From Octopus bimaculoides (Eukaryota), in contig NC_068987.1 of NCBI RefSeq assembly GCF_001194135.2, positions 21,029,372-21,066,858 of the forward strand: 37,487 nt of DNA. The letters are read 5' to 3'. A program made the position numbers and the translations under genes. The notes below the pieces were generated by a model. That model saw only the letters and a program-made list of their open reading frames with translations. It made no database searches and was not told where the DNA came from. This document shows positions 34,509-37,487 of this stretch, in pieces (the stretch's first letter is position 1; each line of letters opens with the position of its first letter).

Positions 34509-34818
34509 GTTGTTGTTGTTGGCACTCCGTCGCTTACGACGTCGAGGGTTCCAGTTGATCCGATCAACGGAACAGCCTGCTCGTGAAATTAACGTGCAAG
34601 TGGCTGAGCACTCCACAGACACGTGTACCCTTAACGTAGTTCTCGGGGAGATTCAGCGTGACGCAGTGTGACAAGGCTGACCCTTTGAATTACAGGCACC
34701 ACAGAAGCAGGAAGTAAGAATGAGAGAAAGTTGTGGTGAAAGAGTACAGCAGGGTTCGCCACCATCCTCTGCCGGAGCCTCGTGGAGCTTTAGGTGTTTT
34801 CGCTCAATAAACACTCAC
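34509..34818 (-). mobile_element. SINE family B, head lost in the gap
   Basis: Near-identical to 15940-16332. Confidence 0.92.
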
Positions 34819-35600
34819 NNNNNNNNNNNNNNNNNNNNNNNNNNNNNNNNNNNNNNNNNNNNNNNNNNNNNNNNNNNNNNNNNNNNNNNNNNNNNNNNNN
34901 NNNNNNNNNNNNNNNNNNNNNNNNNNNNNNNNNNNNNNNNNNNNNNNNNNNNNNNNNNNNNNNNNNNNNNNNNNNNNNNNNNNNNNNNNNNNNNNNNNNN
35001 NNNNNNNNNNNNNNNNNNNNNNNNNNNNNNNNNNNNNNNNNNNNNNNNNNNNNNNNNNNNNNNNNNNNNNNNNNNNNNNNNNNNNNNNNNNNNNNNNNNN
35101 NNNNNNNNNNNNNNNNNNNNNNNNNNNNNNNNNNNNNNNNNNNNNNNNNNNNNNNNNNNNNNNNNNNNNNNNNNNNNNNNNNNNNNNNNNNNNNNNNNNN
35201 NNNNNNNNNNNNNNNNNNNNNNNNNNNNNNNNNNNNNNNNNNNNNNNNNNNNNNNNNNNNNNNNNNNNNNNNNNNNNNNNNNNNNNNNNNNNNNNNNNNN
35301 NNNNNNNNNNNNNNNNNNNNNNNNNNNNNNNNNNNNNNNNNNNNNNNNNNNNNNNNNNNNNNNNNNNNNNNNNNNNNNNNNNNNNNNNNNNNNNNNNNNN
35401 NNNNNNNNNNNNNNNNNNNNNNNNNNNNNNNNNNNNNNNNNNNNNNNNNNNNNNNNNNNNNNNNNNNNNNNNNNNNNNNNNNNNNNNNNNNNNNNNNNNN
35501 NNNNNNNNNNNNNNNNNNNNNNNNNNNNNNNNNNNNNNNNNNNNNNNNNNNNNNNNNNNNNNNNNNNNNNNNNNNNNNNNNNNNNNNNNNNNNNNNNNNN

Positions 35601-35745
35601 ACGCTGAATATCCCTGAGAATTACGTTAAGGGTACACGTGTCTGTGGAGTGCTCAGCCACTTGCACGTTAATTTCACAAGCAGGCTGTTCCGTTGATCGG
35701 ATCAACTGGAAACCTCGACGTCGTAAGCGACGGAGTGCCAACAAC
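35601..35745 (+). mobile_element. SINE family B 3' end, inverted relative to the 34509 copy
   Basis: Reverse complement of about 34515-34661, ending CGACGGAGTGCCAACAAC. Confidence 0.9.
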
Positions 35746-35785
35746 GAAAATATATCTATGTGTGAGAGTGCGCGCGCGCGCGTAT

Positions 35786-35878
35786 GCAGTAATAGTAGTA
35801 GTAGCAGCAGTAGTAGTAGCAGCAGCAGCAGCAGTAGTAGTTGCAGCAGCAGCAGTAGTAGTAGTAGCAGCAGCAGCT
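35786..35878. repeat. (AGT)n/(AGC)n trinucleotide, probably the tail of SINE family D
   Basis: Direct reading. Confidence 0.85.
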
Positions 35879-36246
35879 TGCGCTGTAACAGCGCATCGCT
35901 GCCCTCACCATTCGTTGGTGATTCCGTACAACTTCTGGCGGATGACGCCTCTGCGCCACTCAGGCGTCACCCCACTCCTCGGATCTAGGATTCAGTTTGG
36001 ATAGTCGTTGCTGATGAGGGGTTCACTAGGTCGGAGTTGCAAATCCTACCTCAAGCTCTTTTAGTAGCCTTTTACGACACGCAGAGGAAACGTTGTGTCT
36101 GTTTCTATGACATTCCAGTCCCTCTACACAGCACTCGTGCAATGTGAGATGAAGTGTTTCGCTCGAGAACACAACGCGCTGCCCGATCTGAGAATCGGAC
36201 CCACGATTTGACAGTCAGGAGTGTAATACCGTAACCACTAGACCGT
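35879..36246 (-). mobile_element. tRNA-derived SINE family D with a hairpin-rich 3' region
   Basis: Reverse-complement head CACGGTCTAGTGGTTACGG..GGTCCGATTCTC, body CTGCGTGTCGTAAAAGGCTACTAAA, three stem-loops, then the trinucleotide tail. Confidence 0.55.
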
Positions 36247-36303
36247 GTATGGTGCAAATTCAGTTGGACCACTTCGTATAGGTGTATGTATGTATGTATG
36301 TAG

Positions 36304-36616
36304 GACACTGACTGGGAGAACAATGCCTGTCATCGCCACAGATGGAGGAAGCAGGTTAAAGAGGGGATCGACACTTTTGAGAAAGCACGTATCCAGCATA
36401 AAGAACTTAAGCAAGCTGCGCGAAAGCGCACGGCTCATATAGTGAATGGGGAAAGCTTAATCTGCAATGTTTGCAGTCGTGTATGCTTGTCAAGAGCAGA
36501 GCTCATTAGCCACCAACGGAGTCGCAAATACAAAATATATGTTAGTCCTAGAGCGCACAATGTTCCTGAAGGTCAGCAATGGTCTTCCTCGGTCACAAGT
36601 GGACTGCCATCATCAT
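36304..36616 (+). mobile_element. RTE-clade LINE 3' end with (ATGT)n tail
   Basis: Open frame DWENNACHRHRWRKQVKEGIDTFE...LICNVCSRVCLSRAELISHQRS (RTE C-terminal Cys/His motif), 3' end GGTCTTCCTCGGTCACAAGTGGACTGCCATCAT, then (ATGT)n to about 36700. Confidence 0.8.
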
Positions 36617-37293
36617 GTATGTATGTATGTATGAATGTATGTATGCATGTATGTATGTATGTATGTATGTATGTATGTATGTATGTATGTATGTATGTAT
36701 GTGAATATACATATATACATGGTGAAAGTGAACTCATAACTGAGTAAGGCCAATTCATAAACTCAGTAAATCCGTCTTAACGTTCCGAGAGTCAAAGAAG
36801 TTCCTATGAGTGAATTTCTTTTGAGTAGATAAAGATTTGCACAGCACTGAACCCATTTTTCAGCGCAACCAACTTATAAAATCGACGGCACAACAGAGGG
36901 TGAGACGACCAGAAACCAACTATGCTTGAAGTTCTTCTTATATAAGTTAACCATCTCCTAGAAGGAAATTCTAATGAGAACTAAGGGTCCGTCACTCCCA
37001 TTGATTCACATACAAATTGACTCATAGCTGGGACCCTAACAGGAGCGACTACTCCGAGTAACTGAAAACAATAGTGATTAAGAGGTGGTAATATAGTACT
37101 TGAGTCTGACGTCGAGTTTCGCCAATACAGACTTTTCAGACAAATATATCACTGTATCATATTCATATCTTGATATTGTTGTTGCCGCTGCATTTTTTTT
37201 GTTTTGTTTTGTTTTGTTTTATTATTGCTGTTGCTGTTGTTTATACTGTTGTAGATCTTATTGGCGATTTTTACATGCTGCTGCAGCTTCGGC

Positions 37294-37294
<1 letters not shown>

Positions 37295-37324
<30 letters not shown>

Positions 37325-37355
37325 ATTTTTATTTTTATTATTGAGTGAGAGAGCA

Positions 37356-37428
<73 letters not shown>
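37295..37428. repeat. (GTT)n and (ATT)n microsatellites
   Basis: Direct reading. Confidence 0.95.
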
Positions 37429-37487
37429 GGGGTGACCCCCTTCGGTCATGACTGACCATGGGATTGCACCTAGAAAGTTACCCTCCA
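37429..37487 (-). mobile_element. 3' end of a retroelement with (AAT)n tail, truncated by the window edge
   Basis: Hairpin GGTCA-TGAC-TGACC next to the ATT run, the same layout as the other RTE-type tails here. Confidence 0.45.

Noticed and set aside
36005-36100. Second hammerhead (CTGATGA ... GAAACGTTGTGTC) on the plus strand
   Set aside because: The cores are about 70 nt apart with no closing stem II, the bases before CTGATGA do not pair with GTGTC, and it is antisense to the SINE.

Overview
Repeat-dense, non-genic eukaryotic sequence from a draft assembly, with 16 N-gaps totalling about 6.1 kb (about 16%). The microsatellite load and the SINE families suggest an octopus or other coleoid cephalopod genome (my recognition, not a database result). 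No host protein-coding gene, rRNA, true tRNA gene or CRISPR array is supportable; most listed ORFs are artefacts of microsatellites or N-runs. The window holds one near-intact irritans-type DD34D mariner (20508-21764), two internally deleted mariners (one nested in an RTE LINE), a decayed Tc1, a pogo/Tigger-like MITE, a Helentron-like 3' end, CR1 and RTE LINE 3' fragments, and about 20 copies of at least six tRNA-derived SINE families. The most interesting object is a ~310-bp minus-strand element at 17188-17495. It joins a tRNA-like Pol III head (A and B boxes), an (AAT)n linker and a Penelope-type minimal hammerhead-ribozyme fold, all enclosed by a 33/34-bp inverted repeat. It may be a ribozyme-bearing SINE mobilised by Penelope-like elements.
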